Below are positions 26,658 through 35,856 of a stretch of DNA of 64,000 nucleotides, in pieces. Made by a program: the position numbers and the translations under genes. The stretch comes from Amphiscolops sp. MND2022 (lineage: Eukaryota), in assembly GCA_964187785.1 (NCBI GenBank), contig OZ076417.1, positions 10,106,001 to 10,170,000 of the forward strand, read 5' to 3'. The notes below the pieces were generated by a model. The model saw nothing but the letters and a program-made list of their open reading frames with translations. It was not told where the DNA came from and did not search any database. How positions within the stretch are numbered: the first letter of the stretch is position 1; every line of letters starts with the position of its first letter.

Positions 26658-27180
26658 CACTTTGGGATTCAATGGAATTAGACAATGTACAAAGTGCGCC
26701 CTGTTCGCCCGTTTCCTTGTCCTCGAGTGATTCTGATGAGGACAATAGTGATTCGTCCGCTTCGGCTTCTCCTTTACCAAGTGCCGAGTCATATAACAAG
26801 CTCAACCAAACACCAATTCTACTGCCACTTTTGGAATCCAGCCCATTCAGTAATAACACTTCTTTTTAATAATAGGTTTAAAATTTTCCTAATTCATTTT
26901 TGACTACGGGTTTGCTTCAGGTCCTCCTGATCCTGGTTTCCACCAGCAATCACAAACAGAAACTGACGATGAGCAATATTGCATAGATTGGGACGAGTAT
27001 GATGAAATTGTTTCCAATCAAGAGAGGAATCAACCAAATCTCCCGAAATGTCCGTACATTGATGACAAAGCTCTCGAAGCTAGCGATGACAGTGACGTTG
27101 CTAAATGTACTAGCAAAAAAATACGCTCAGGACGTCGTCTTGTGTCCTACAGTGACAGCGAAGACTCTATTGATGATTGA
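26658..27180 (+). CDS. Predicted two-exon acidic Ser/Asp-rich coding unit (26658-26849, 26921-27180), spliceable in frame onto pPolB or translated from ATG 26672
   Basis: Candidate GT-AG introns at 26587-26657 and 26850-26920, each 71 nt with a pyrimidine-rich acceptor. Phases join to one open frame ending ...SYSDSEDSIDD* at 27180. Confidence 0.55.
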
Positions 27181-27300
27181 GTTGAATAACAAAAATACAT
27201 CTCTTCCTATTTTTCTCAAACTCAGTTGAAGACGACGCATAATCTGATCAGATCGAAGTATCGTGTATAAAAAAGATTTGCTCAGAAAATTTATTTGCAT

Positions 27301-27831
27301 TCAAAAGATAGTATATCGGAATAGTGTATTGTATTTATCATTCATGAAACGAATAATTTCAATTTCACTATATAATTTAAATTTTTCATGGAGTTGAGAC
27401 ATTTCGTGGGGCATTTTTGCTATGTAGTGAATCAAAAAGAGACAATAGAGGCCACACATATTGGAGCTGGCATTTTGTAGAGTGAGTGAAATTTGCCGAA
27501 AACCGGTTTTTCCATATAATTGATTCAAGCGATTAAAAAAAGTTGTGTAGAGAGATACTGGTTGTCCCAAACAGTCCCAGACGAAAACTTGTAGTTGCTT
27601 TTGTCCCTGCTCAATAGTAGCGCCCAGAAGCAACCAGTGCGATCCATGTGATTTTTCAGGGGAAGTGTTTACAATTTGAAACCAAACCAATCTGTCAATC
27701 GCAGGAAAGTTTGTGGGCATTTGAGTAGTTACTGGTTGCTTGCTGAAATTGTCTGCAGACCAGATTCCTGCGAAGGCTACCGCCAAGTAGGAATTTTGAA
27801 GAATCATGTGTTGTAGAGTCGCACTATCCAT
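27301..27831 (-). CDS. Adenain-type (C5) cysteine protease, 176 aa, intact
   Basis: NTSPEKSHGSHW (His), WDCLG (Asp), QNASSNMCGLYC (Gln/Cys). Confidence 0.92.
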   Translation of the reverse strand: MDSATLQHMILQNSYLAVAFAGIWSADNFSKQPVTTQMPTNFPAIDRLVWFQIVNTSPEKSHGSHWLLLGATIEQGQKQLQVFVWDCLGQPVSLYTTFFNRLNQLYGKTGFRQISLTLQNASSNMCGLYCLFLIHYIAKMPHEMSQLHEKFKLYSEIEIIRFMNDKYNTLFRYTIF

Positions 27832-29172
27832 CGTAACGTCTGTTTTTCTTTATGTTTCTTGCCGAATCTATGGTAACTTGACTGAACCGCTCACCAATTA
27901 AAAATAACTCGATAGCATCGTCGAGAGCCTTTTAAAAATACAACTTTAAGGTTAGGCTGGAGCCGGTAAGTTCGGGAAAGAGTGTGAAATTTTTGCTGGC
28001 CTCCTCTGTTGAAGTCAAATCAAAGACAAGAAAAAAATGATTGTCTTCATAATCTTCTAGCTTGATTCCGTTGCTTTTTTCCTTGAAGCCAAGTGCTGTT
28101 ATGGTATTGTAATATAACCTCACATTGTTTGTTGTGTCTAGGGGAGTTCCCGCTAGCGGTACCCCGTTGCCTCGCTGAATTTCTACCCGCTGCAAGTTGA
28201 ACTTTTGATAGGAGAATGGTGTTTCATTGAGTGGCGTACTCCGGAACAGAGAATTTTTTTACCATACATAATGTTAGACGCCGAATGGGCTCTGTGCCAA
28301 AAATATTCTCCTTTATGAAACAATTTTGTCCAGCTTGAATGATGAAACTTTTGTTTAAACTCTCAATGTAGGGATAAACCGCGTCACTTTTCAGTAAAGC
28401 CCTCTCGATTGACAATTTCACGCTGTCAGTCACGACCACTTTTCGAACAAAGAGAGAGGCTTTTTCAACAACTGGAAGTATTTTACCATCAAGATTCTTG
28501 GCTTCGTCATCAGTGCCTTTTAGATGCAGAAGAGTGTTGTTGGGTGATCGATACAGACGCACGTGAAGAGTTACATTTGGAAGTAGAAATTTCTCACAGT
28601 CCAAAAAGTCAATGTGGAGAGCACCGCAGAGCTGAATTCTGCATTCCTTTTTTTCTGCAAAGCTGGCAGCAAGCTTGTTAAAGAGTCGATCTTTTCCAGT
28701 CGACTTTGGCAAATAGTTGTATCCTTGGCATTCGGCCCATGAGTTTTTGCTTTCCGTGTCAGTTGAAAGTTCAGTCTCTACAAAATCGGAATGCAAGTAA
28801 CAATTATTGCTGTGAGAAATCAATTTTTCATTCAGATATAGTTCCGCATGTGAGAAAAGTGTGTGAAGTGTGTTGTTGGAGAAAACAACTTCAAAATCAC
28901 CAGGTTTCGCTCTTGTCTTTCCATCTTCATGATAAAGTGCTACTTCAACACACAGTACAATGCGATTCAAGTCAATAAGGTTTTTCGCTTCCGCAGCTAC
29001 GAAAAAGTCCAACTGTGGTCCACGACAACCCACGTGTGGGAAAACTTCTTGGTCGTAGGCGCCTTCATAATTGATCATAACTCCTGGTTTCTCGAAAAAG
29101 TCCAACGCACTGTGTGTCACGGGCCTTACAATCTCGGTTGCTCTGCCGACAAATAAATTGTTGACGGATGCC
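27824..29172 (-). pseudogene. Double jelly-roll major capsid protein: frameshift near 28250, premature TAA at 27932-27934, no ATG in the expected position
   Basis: N-terminal ALDFFEKP...LDF...IDL..I.L pattern and C-terminal FFLVFDLT pattern as in Polinton MCPs. The frame continues F*KALDDAIELFLIGE...RRYDG* to 27824. Located between the protease and core/penton genes. Confidence 0.85.
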
Positions 29173-29186
29173 AGCTTGCTGTGTTT

Positions 29187-29711
29187 TTAATTGGAATATT
29201 GAATTTCAGACAAAATGTGGGACCGACTTCTTTTGGCGGCTGTTTTTCTCGAAATGCTTGTCGAACTGTTTCGTTTTCTTTTGGCCAATCCTGCCAATGG
29301 CCGAACGCCGCTGTCATTCGCCTTCCGCCGCGCCGCCCCCGTGTTCCGCTCGTCGTCGCCGCCGCCGCCGCCGCCCGGGCGAAAGGCTACTCCTGCCGGT
29401 ATGTTTTTAGTCATTGTTTTCGCAGCAGTCTTTTTCGCGACACTTGCTAAAAGTTTTCGATTGGGCTTTTTTTTGCCTGCCAAGACATCTCCAATTTCGG
29501 GAATGGCAGTCTCAAGCAAGTTTTTGCCAACTTGTCTCGCAACAGGCAAAACGTATTTTCTTACTAGGGGAATGGCTACACGACCCATACGAACGGCAAA
29601 AGCTCCGAGTCCACCTCCAGATCCCATCTGTCTGGCTGGTCCACTGTAATTGGTGTGAGCGACAGATTTGATTTGTGAATCGTAATGAGCATCCATTGTA
29701 TAATTGTACAA
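29187..29711 (-). CDS. Basic, Gly-rich putative core or membrane-lytic virion protein, 174 aa
   Basis: RQMGSGGGLGAF followed by an amphipathic basic helix (VRKYVLPVARQVGKNLL) and a K/R-rich C-terminus. Sits between the capsid genes. Confidence 0.7.
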   Translation of the reverse strand: MYNYTMDAHYDSQIKSVAHTNYSGPARQMGSGGGLGAFAVRMGRVAIPLVRKYVLPVARQVGKNLLETAIPEIGDVLAGKKKPNRKLLASVAKKTAAKTMTKNIPAGVAFRPGGGGGGDDERNTGAARRKANDSGVRPLAGLAKRKRNSSTSISRKTAAKRSRSHILSEIQYSN

Positions 29712-29764
29712 TTTTCAAACTGACCAACTGATCCTTCCAAAAGTTGAACAATGAATGATGTTGT

Positions 29765-30775
29765 TCAATTTCGCGGTGCTGGTCGGAAAGCCAAAGTAAT
29801 GTTGGTGCGGCCGCAGCTCAAAAAGGGCATCTTTTGACCCATCTCATTGGCAAGAGTTAGACTAATGGACTGGAATTGGGGTTTCACGATCCGCTTCCAC
29901 TGTAAATTTGTGAAACTTTTGTGGTTCACCTCGCCCATAGTGTGCGCCAGAGTCATACTCTTCAGGGGAATGGATCTCAAGAGTGCCGTCTGCGTGTCGC
30001 CCAGCATCTCATTTTGTACAAGATCACAATAGAGAAACATTGTGTGACTACCTGCATTCAAATCGACGGGCCACTGCCCGATTTGTTTCACAACATTGGC
30101 AGTACCTGAAGCTAGTTGGTCAGGTGCTTCAGTTTCGTCACGACGCTGCTGTGATTGGCAATCAATGATTACATCGGTACCCAAAATGTTTTTCAAATCT
30201 TCTGATACTACCGTAATTTTTAGTCCCTCATTTCCCACAATGCAGTTCGACTTGACGTGCAACCTTCTAGTCACACCATCAATTTTCCAAGACAACATGG
30301 AATCATTGGACCGATCGTTTTCCATCAGTTTGCTCTCTTTCTTGCCCATAGCAGCTTTCGTGATGGCTTTCATTATTGAATCCACCGATGGATAACAACC
30401 AGGCTTGAGACGAAGCGTTACAGGTGAACTGTATTTTGGTAATTGAATAAATCCAGAGGGGACTGTCATCGAAATCAAACCTGGTTTGTGATGCCTGGAA
30501 TTTTTTTCTTTGGGCGAAGCCGGTAGTTGTTTCGAGACTGTGAACTGTCCGAGAGTCACGTTTTGCACCATTGCCGGCCATGCAATTTCAACGAGTGCCA
30601 CTTGCCAATCACCAGGCAAGGATATTGTTGTTGGCAACAGCGTCGTGAAGTTTGACAATGTGTTTGCGGGAAAAGTAGCCATGGATGCATTCGATATAAG
30701 GTTCATTGTGAATTCTTGACCATCGCTGCTTGATATGTCCATGTCGCCTACTGTAACGTTAGATTGGTACAACAA
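29765..30775 (-). CDS. Minor capsid protein (penton, single jelly roll), up to 336 aa
   Basis: FTMNLISNASMATFPANTLSNFTTLLP..ISLPGDWQVALVEIAWP and MFLYCDLV..EMLGDTQTALLRSIP match the Polinton penton pattern. Confidence 0.88.
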   Translation of the reverse strand: MLYQSNVTVGDMDISSSDGQEFTMNLISNASMATFPANTLSNFTTLLPTTISLPGDWQVALVEIAWPAMVQNVTLGQFTVSKQLPASPKEKNSRHHKPGLISMTVPSGFIQLPKYSSPVTLRLKPGCYPSVDSIMKAITKAAMGKKESKLMENDRSNDSMLSWKIDGVTRRLHVKSNCIVGNEGLKITVVSEDLKNILGTDVIIDCQSQQRRDETEAPDQLASGTANVVKQIGQWPVDLNAGSHTMFLYCDLVQNEMLGDTQTALLRSIPLKSMTLAHTMGEVNHKSFTNLQWKRIVKPQFQSISLTLANEMGQKMPFLSCGRTNITLAFRPAPRN

Positions 30776-31916
30776 ACTTCACCAGTTCGGGTTCGTAAAA
30801 CTTGCCCTGAATAATTTCGTTATTGCTATCTTTGACAGTGTAGGTTGGAGGATTGATAGTAGGTATCGATGTCACAGTGAACAATTCTTCAGTAAATTGG
30901 ATTTTGTAGCCCCGATGAAAGGTATCAATTTTGCGTCGAATTCGAACTTGATCACCAATTTTGAATTTTGGTTTCTGCGGATCATTGGTATGACAAAGCG
31001 ATACTAAATATGGTACATCTTTTTTTGAAACTGAAATTGGAGCCAACTTTGTCATGCGATTCACGCGGCGATTAATGATTGATACAACTTGGTCGAGATG
31101 GTCAATGTAAGTGTTACTGTCATGTTCATGCATGTACTTGAAGATCAGTGATTTGAGAGATCGAATATTTCTTTCCGCCAATGCAGACTTTGTTTCGCTT
31201 TTCGTGGAATAAATGTCGATACCTTTTGACCGACAAAATGTGGCAAAGTCTCCTGCAAACTCGCGCCCCTTGTCGACCCAAATCTTTTCCGGTTGGTGCG
31301 TTGCACTGCAAATCTTTGGCAATGGTGGCTTTCCGTTTTTGACAATTATCTTCTTTAGAGCTTCCTTACAAGCTTGTGACGTTTTTACTTTGAGAGGCTC
31401 TACCCAGAGATAACGGCTTAAAACGTCTACCGCTACAAATAGATATCTGATTCCATTATTGGTTGCTGCAAGTTTCTGCATGTCGGACAAATCTATCGAC
31501 CAAATTTCATTTAGCCTGTAACTGACAACTTTCAGTCGCACGAAACGTTTCCTAGTGAGTTTGAATTTCGTGTAGGTTTCGCTCGAATTGAGGTATCTAT
31601 CTACATGCGCTGATGGACATTGAGATGCAGCTATCAAGTTGCGTCGGCTTCCAAAAGCCGCTTTGCTCCGCGGATTCGTGTAACTTTCGTGAATTTTTGG
31701 GAACGAAGTAGCATAATTTCGGTCAATATCGTCATTCAGTAGAATTCTACTTGCATTACATTTGGAGCAGAGAAAGTTGTCGTTGTACTCCTTGCTACTT
31801 TTGAGACCGCTGCATCTAAAATGCACCCAACCGCAGATATGACACCAAAGTGAGGGACGTGTTTTGGATCCTTTACCCAGAGAAGCTTGACACGATCCAC
31901 AAAACCAACTTTTCAT
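30759..31916 (-). CDS. int: Retroviral-like DDE integrase with N-terminal PHD-type zinc finger, 385 aa, intact
   Basis: WSIDL (D), AVDVLSRY, IWVDKGREF (D), AERNIRSLK (E), KFKIGDQVRI. N-terminus CGSC...CHIC.WVHFRC...CSKC. Confidence 0.93.
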   Translation of the reverse strand: MKSWFCGSCQASLGKGSKTRPSLWCHICGWVHFRCSGLKSSKEYNDNFLCSKCNASRILLNDDIDRNYATSFPKIHESYTNPRSKAAFGSRRNLIAASQCPSAHVDRYLNSSETYTKFKLTRKRFVRLKVVSYRLNEIWSIDLSDMQKLAATNNGIRYLFVAVDVLSRYLWVEPLKVKTSQACKEALKKIIVKNGKPPLPKICSATHQPEKIWVDKGREFAGDFATFCRSKGIDIYSTKSETKSALAERNIRSLKSLIFKYMHEHDSNTYIDHLDQVVSIINRRVNRMTKLAPISVSKKDVPYLVSLCHTNDPQKPKFKIGDQVRIRRKIDTFHRGYKIQFTEELFTVTSIPTINPPTYTVKDSNNEIIQGKFYEPELVKFVVPI

Positions 31917-31917
31917 T

Positions 31918-32613
31918 CTAAAAATTTGTCAACCACTGACTGCTGCTACCCTGTTGTGTGTCGAGTTTTAGTTTTTTGTATGGAGACAGTCCGCTCGCTG
32001 AGCGAATGTGATGCTGATTCTGACTGCTAGTCTGCCTTGCGTAGGTGTTCGCCAGTAAAAACTGAGGAAGTCTGAGAACTTCAACAAGGGTAAGGAATTT
32101 CTTTGGCAGTTGTTTCGTATTGACTTGCAGTGCTGTGAGAAACTCAACAACACTGACTCCAGTATCTTGCTGATCTAAGTTTATAGTTTGATTTGTTTCG
32201 TCTATCGTAGTTCGATCACAATCTTCAATCTTTTTTAAAATTTGTCTCGATCTTTCAACTTTCCCTCCTGTTACGCCAGATTCTAAAAGATTTGACAAGA
32301 CTTGATCAGATGAGTTTTTGTAAGACTGTTTCGTTTCTGTATTGTTCGAACTGCCCAAGTCCTCCGATTGGTACCGCGAGTTCAAGTTCAATTGAGCGAC
32401 TAAAGTATCTTCGGGCAATTCTTTTGCCGTATTGAACGTTTTGAAGTGTTCTTCTTCAACGGGTTCAACTTTGCTTTCAGTAACTTCAAACTTTGAGAGT
32501 AATTGCTGTTTTTGTTTCTCACGTGCGTCCGGTGTTTTCTCTTGTCTTTTAAGAGAAATATACTCTTCATGAGTGATCAAAATTAGGTCACGCAAGCTAC
32601 TGTTCGATACCAT
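31918..32613 (-). CDS. Polinton hypothetical protein, 231 aa
   Basis: Intact ORF tightly packed between the integrase and the 114-aa ORF. Confidence 0.75.
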   Translation of the reverse strand: MVSNSSLRDLILITHEEYISLKRQEKTPDAREKQKQQLLSKFEVTESKVEPVEEEHFKTFNTAKELPEDTLVAQLNLNSRYQSEDLGSSNNTETKQSYKNSSDQVLSNLLESGVTGGKVERSRQILKKIEDCDRTTIDETNQTINLDQQDTGVSVVEFLTALQVNTKQLPKKFLTLVEVLRLPQFLLANTYARQTSSQNQHHIRSASGLSPYKKLKLDTQQGSSSQWLTNF

Positions 32614-32941
32614 GGCAATATTCCAAATGATTCAGTACGGATGGCAGAACCAATTTCAATAAACGCAAACCCCTCTCTGAGCCCAACACTTGGCGTTTTC
32701 TTTTCAAGGCAACTCGCCGTTTCGAACAAATTTTCTCTAGATTCGTTTTCTCACGTGCAAGGAGCGCCGCTTTTTGTTGCAACCTCTTGTCTAGCTTGAC
32801 TTTCCCTTTTACAACGTTGAAAACACAGTCACAGAAAAACTTCATTATGTCATCTGGACAATGCAAAATGAAAAATCTTCTCAATGTTGGTGAAAATTTC
32901 AGATATAAATCAACTGTATAGTAATTTTGTAAATTCATCAT
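32597..32941 (-). CDS. Small basic Polinton protein, 114 aa
   Basis: FFCDCVFNVVKGKVKL resembles the CECALNxLxGNVxL motif of a small Maverick protein. K/R-rich. Overlaps both neighbours. Confidence 0.75.
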   Translation of the reverse strand: MMNLQNYYTVDLYLKFSPTLRRFFILHCPDDIMKFFCDCVFNVVKGKVKLDKRLQQKAALLAREKTNLEKICSKRRVALKRKRQVLGSERGLRLLKLVLPSVLNHLEYCHGIEQ

Positions 32942-33611
32942 GGATGGGGATGAAAAGTTCTTCTCTCGCGCAATAGAAGTGGGCTGGTTCGTCGCCAGAG
33001 CAATGGGAGCTATATCGCAGGTTCCTACTGCTCCTCACATCCAAATCGATCAATAAATGACCGAAGGCTTCCTGAGTCGCTCTTTTATAGACTTTCAATA
33101 GAGTGGAACGCTCGCCCAGTTGACGTCCCAAAATCCCAATTTGTTCAGAATCCCTTGGACTATTGAAGAGAACAATTTGAGTCACATTCAAATCAATCGT
33201 TTTTGAGTATTTTGACTGTTGGAATAGGTTGTGCCGCAGCACCATCAAATGAATGTTTCGGTGACGACCAGCGATGACCAAGTCCAAAAATTCTTTGCTG
33301 TTAGCAGCTTCGTCATACAAATCATCTAGAACAACGAGAGTTCGTTGCTTCAAGATTTCCCCTCGCTCGACCGCATTCCACTCCAGGCCTTGAATGAGTT
33401 CCAAATGGATGTTCTTTACCAGGCATTCTGCTTCAAGCTTTTTATATGCTTGTTGATAGTGTTTATAAAAGTAGAGTATTTTGTCGAAAACAGGGCGAAA
33501 CATTTTTTCTTGGTTGCAAATCATTCTCCCAATCAATTGTGTTTTTCCTGAACCAGCTGGTCCCACCACAGAAATGAAGCAATGAGGAGACGTACTGATT
33601 CGCTTATTCAT
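32910..33611 (-). CDS. FtsK/HerA (A32-like) genome-packaging ATPase, 233 aa from ATG 33611
   Basis: Walker A GPAGSGKT, Walker B LVVLDD, arginine-finger region AGRHRNI..VLRHNLFQ. Confidence 0.93.
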   Translation of the reverse strand: MNKRISTSPHCFISVVGPAGSGKTQLIGRMICNQEKMFRPVFDKILYFYKHYQQAYKKLEAECLVKNIHLELIQGLEWNAVERGEILKQRTLVVLDDLYDEAANSKEFLDLVIAGRHRNIHLMVLRHNLFQQSKYSKTIDLNVTQIVLFNSPRDSEQIGILGRQLGERSTLLKVYKRATQEAFGHLLIDLDVRSSRNLRYSSHCSGDEPAHFYCAREELFIPIHDEFTKLLYS

Positions 33612-33961
33612 GATTTTGGGCCTGGTAAGATATGACCGATACAAGCTGAAAGAATCGCTAAAATCCCGCTAGAAACTTTGTTGTCGTTTTCACAAAGAGT
33701 TAGGAAAAGAATACAGAACGTGAAAACTGCGATGAGTATGAAGTAATGTAAAAATACCAAAACCAGAGACCTCTCCACTCGGGAATCACAACAGCAAAAA
33801 CTATAGGGTGGTCTCTCGTTGTCTGTTTCATCAAATAGGATTCTTTCAAAGTTCGGAATTGATAAATTTCCTTGGTCGACTTGATCCTCCTGATCGCCTC
33901 GATTGTTTATCGTCAAACTGCTGCAATAGCCACTTGTATGGCTCAAATCAGGGCTGCTCAT
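33608..33961 (-). CDS. Small two-TM membrane protein, 117 aa from ATG 33961
   Basis: CCC motif followed by two hydrophobic stretches (LVLVFLHYFILIAVFTFCILFLTL; GILAILSACIGHIL). Its TGA overlaps the ATPase ATG (ATGA). Confidence 0.7.
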   Translation of the reverse strand: MSSPDLSHTSGYCSSLTINNRGDQEDQVDQGNLSIPNFERILFDETDNERPPYSFCCCDSRVERSLVLVFLHYFILIAVFTFCILFLTLCENDNKVSSGILAILSACIGHILPGPKS

Positions 33962-34044
33962 AACCTCGTGAATGTTTGAAATTATCAGGTTTCTGAACGT
34001 CAGAATGCAACTGAACAGAACAAAATTCAAAGTACAAATGAATG

Positions 34045-34455
34045 TCAAAAAGGAAATGCATCGAAATGCTCTCTATGGAACAGTTTGACAAATATCCAAT
34101 ATGATATTCCGGAGAAATGTCCAAGTAGCATGTTGTTACGGAAAGACTGAGCCTTGGTTACAGTGTACACGTATCCGGGTCCGACATCTTCAAAGCTGCG
34201 CATGTATCCATATGCATCATGGAAAATTGCATGCAGTCTCAAAATTTTGGAACAATTCAGGTAATTGTCCAGCTTACTATCGCCTGGCCCTATTTTGCCA
34301 CCAAATGGTGCTTTAGCGTTTACTTCCTTCAAGTCAACATTCTCGTCTATATAACGACAAACTGCTAAGAAGGCATTTTTAGTGGTACTGTTTTTAGGAA
34401 AGCAGTAGTTAACTGAAACAAAATTTTCACAAATTTGTCTGGCTGAAAACATCAC
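34045..34455 (-). CDS. Phospholipase A2-like protein (parvoviral/adintoviral PLA2X type), ~136 aa
   Basis: KIGPGDSKLD (Ca-loop-like GPG) and HAIFHDAYGY (catalytic HD..Y). Confidence 0.7.
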   Translation of the reverse strand: MMFSARQICENFVSVNYCFPKNSTTKNAFLAVCRYIDENVDLKEVNAKAPFGGKIGPGDSKLDNYLNCSKILRLHAIFHDAYGYMRSFEDVGPGYVYTVTKAQSFRNNMLLGHFSGISYWIFVKLFHREHFDAFPF

Positions 34456-34509
34456 GAATGTTCTAAAAATTTAAATTAGGAGTAATCCGACTGTTTCCAA
34501 AATGTGTTT

Positions 34510-35343
34510 TTACAGAAATGAAGTATCGATTATAGTGTCTTCATTATAAGGGGAAAACAGTTGAGGGCTCGAAGTCGTGTTGTCGATCTCTTCATCCAGT
34601 TGCAGTGGTTGGTTCATACATTCGAAGCACATGCATTGAGCATTTGAGTGTCCCAAGTCGATATCCAAAGTTCTACTGTGCTCCGTTACAAAAAGTCGTC
34701 CGATACCGCGTTGTAGAAGTTCAATATAGGGTATTACTGTATCCTTGAAAGGCGCATCGCTCTTTTCTAGTTCCACTAGCTTTCGGAACACGTATAGAGC
34801 CTTTTCCTTATCGGTGCAGTCACCCAAGGAATTGTGTCTATCCAGTTCCCAAACGCTGTTGAATTTGCATCCCAAACTCTCAGTCGTTTTCCGATTCAGC
34901 ATGCTTTTCATTCTCTCGCCTTCTATAACGAACGATCTGTTACTAAAACTTGACATCTCGGTTCTCAGAAAGTTTTCAGGGTAGGAAACTGTGAGAAGTC
35001 GAACTTTTGCCCATTGCAAATTGGACAAAACTTTTGGAATAGTTTGTTTCAAAAATGTTTCAGCGTTAGTGCACTGTGGTAGGTACAGCAGAAGATGATA
35101 ATGATTGGGAGGCAACGCTTGACAAAACTCATCGAGCGATCCATTACTGGGAGCATCTTGTTCGTGTACTTTTCCAATAAATTGACATTTGTGGGAATTA
35201 GAGAGTATTTCCAATAATTTGGAGAGACTTGTTGGTAATTCTAAGGTGTCTTTCTCGTAGACATTACTGTAGGCTTCGGATTCTTCAGTTGAGTACAAAA
35301 GCAGCCAAAAGTTACACGGTATTTCGCGAAACACTGATGTCAT
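34510..35343 (-). CDS. Hypothetical protein, 277 aa, with HUH-like motif
   Basis: Intact ORF, first gene from the right TIR. VHEQD...PPNHYHLLLY; C-terminal CMCFEC. Confidence 0.75.
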   Translation of the reverse strand: MTSVFREIPCNFWLLLYSTEESEAYSNVYEKDTLELPTSLSKLLEILSNSHKCQFIGKVHEQDAPSNGSLDEFCQALPPNHYHLLLYLPQCTNAETFLKQTIPKVLSNLQWAKVRLLTVSYPENFLRTEMSSFSNRSFVIEGERMKSMLNRKTTESLGCKFNSVWELDRHNSLGDCTDKEKALYVFRKLVELEKSDAPFKDTVIPYIELLQRGIGRLFVTEHSRTLDIDLGHSNAQCMCFECMNQPLQLDEEIDNTTSSPQLFSPYNEDTIIDTSFL

Positions 35344-35856
35344 ATCGGTCGTCAGGAAAAAAGAATGGCAACTGCTTCAGAGAAAGTTTAAATTATAATG
35401 ACGATTTCTCTTGTCACAAATATAATCAATGATAATCATGGAAGATTCCTTTGGGAGTCGCCAAAAGAATTTTCCATGCATAAAAGAGTTTATAGTCGTA
35501 AATGCTGCCGATCCTGTTTTGTTTTAGTTTCGGGAATCAAAACTCTTCTAAATTTATCAATTTCTTTTTCTTGGAATTACCTTTATCACCAGTGCTCCTG
35601 CTACCAGAGGACAAAAGGTTAGACGTTTCTGATTGAATATTTTGCTGAGGAGAAGTACATGAAAAGAACTTGTTTTACCGATTCGATTTTCATATACAAA
35701 TTGTTTGCTTTGATTGAAAGTTTGTTATCAGTTTGCCTATGTAAAGAATTGTGAAAATGAACTGTAACCTCTCTAATGTTGAATATTAGGACCCTGATTG
35801 TAGATTAGGAGCTCTAGGACACCGATAGCTGTTGAGAATTTGCATGTTTTAAGATT

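Noticed and set aside
29168-29671. Plus-strand ORFs with poly-Arg/Ala/Pro (29168-29410, 29181-29450, 29215-29649)
   Set aside because: Shadows of the GC-rich (GGC)n Gly run in the minus-strand core-protein gene.
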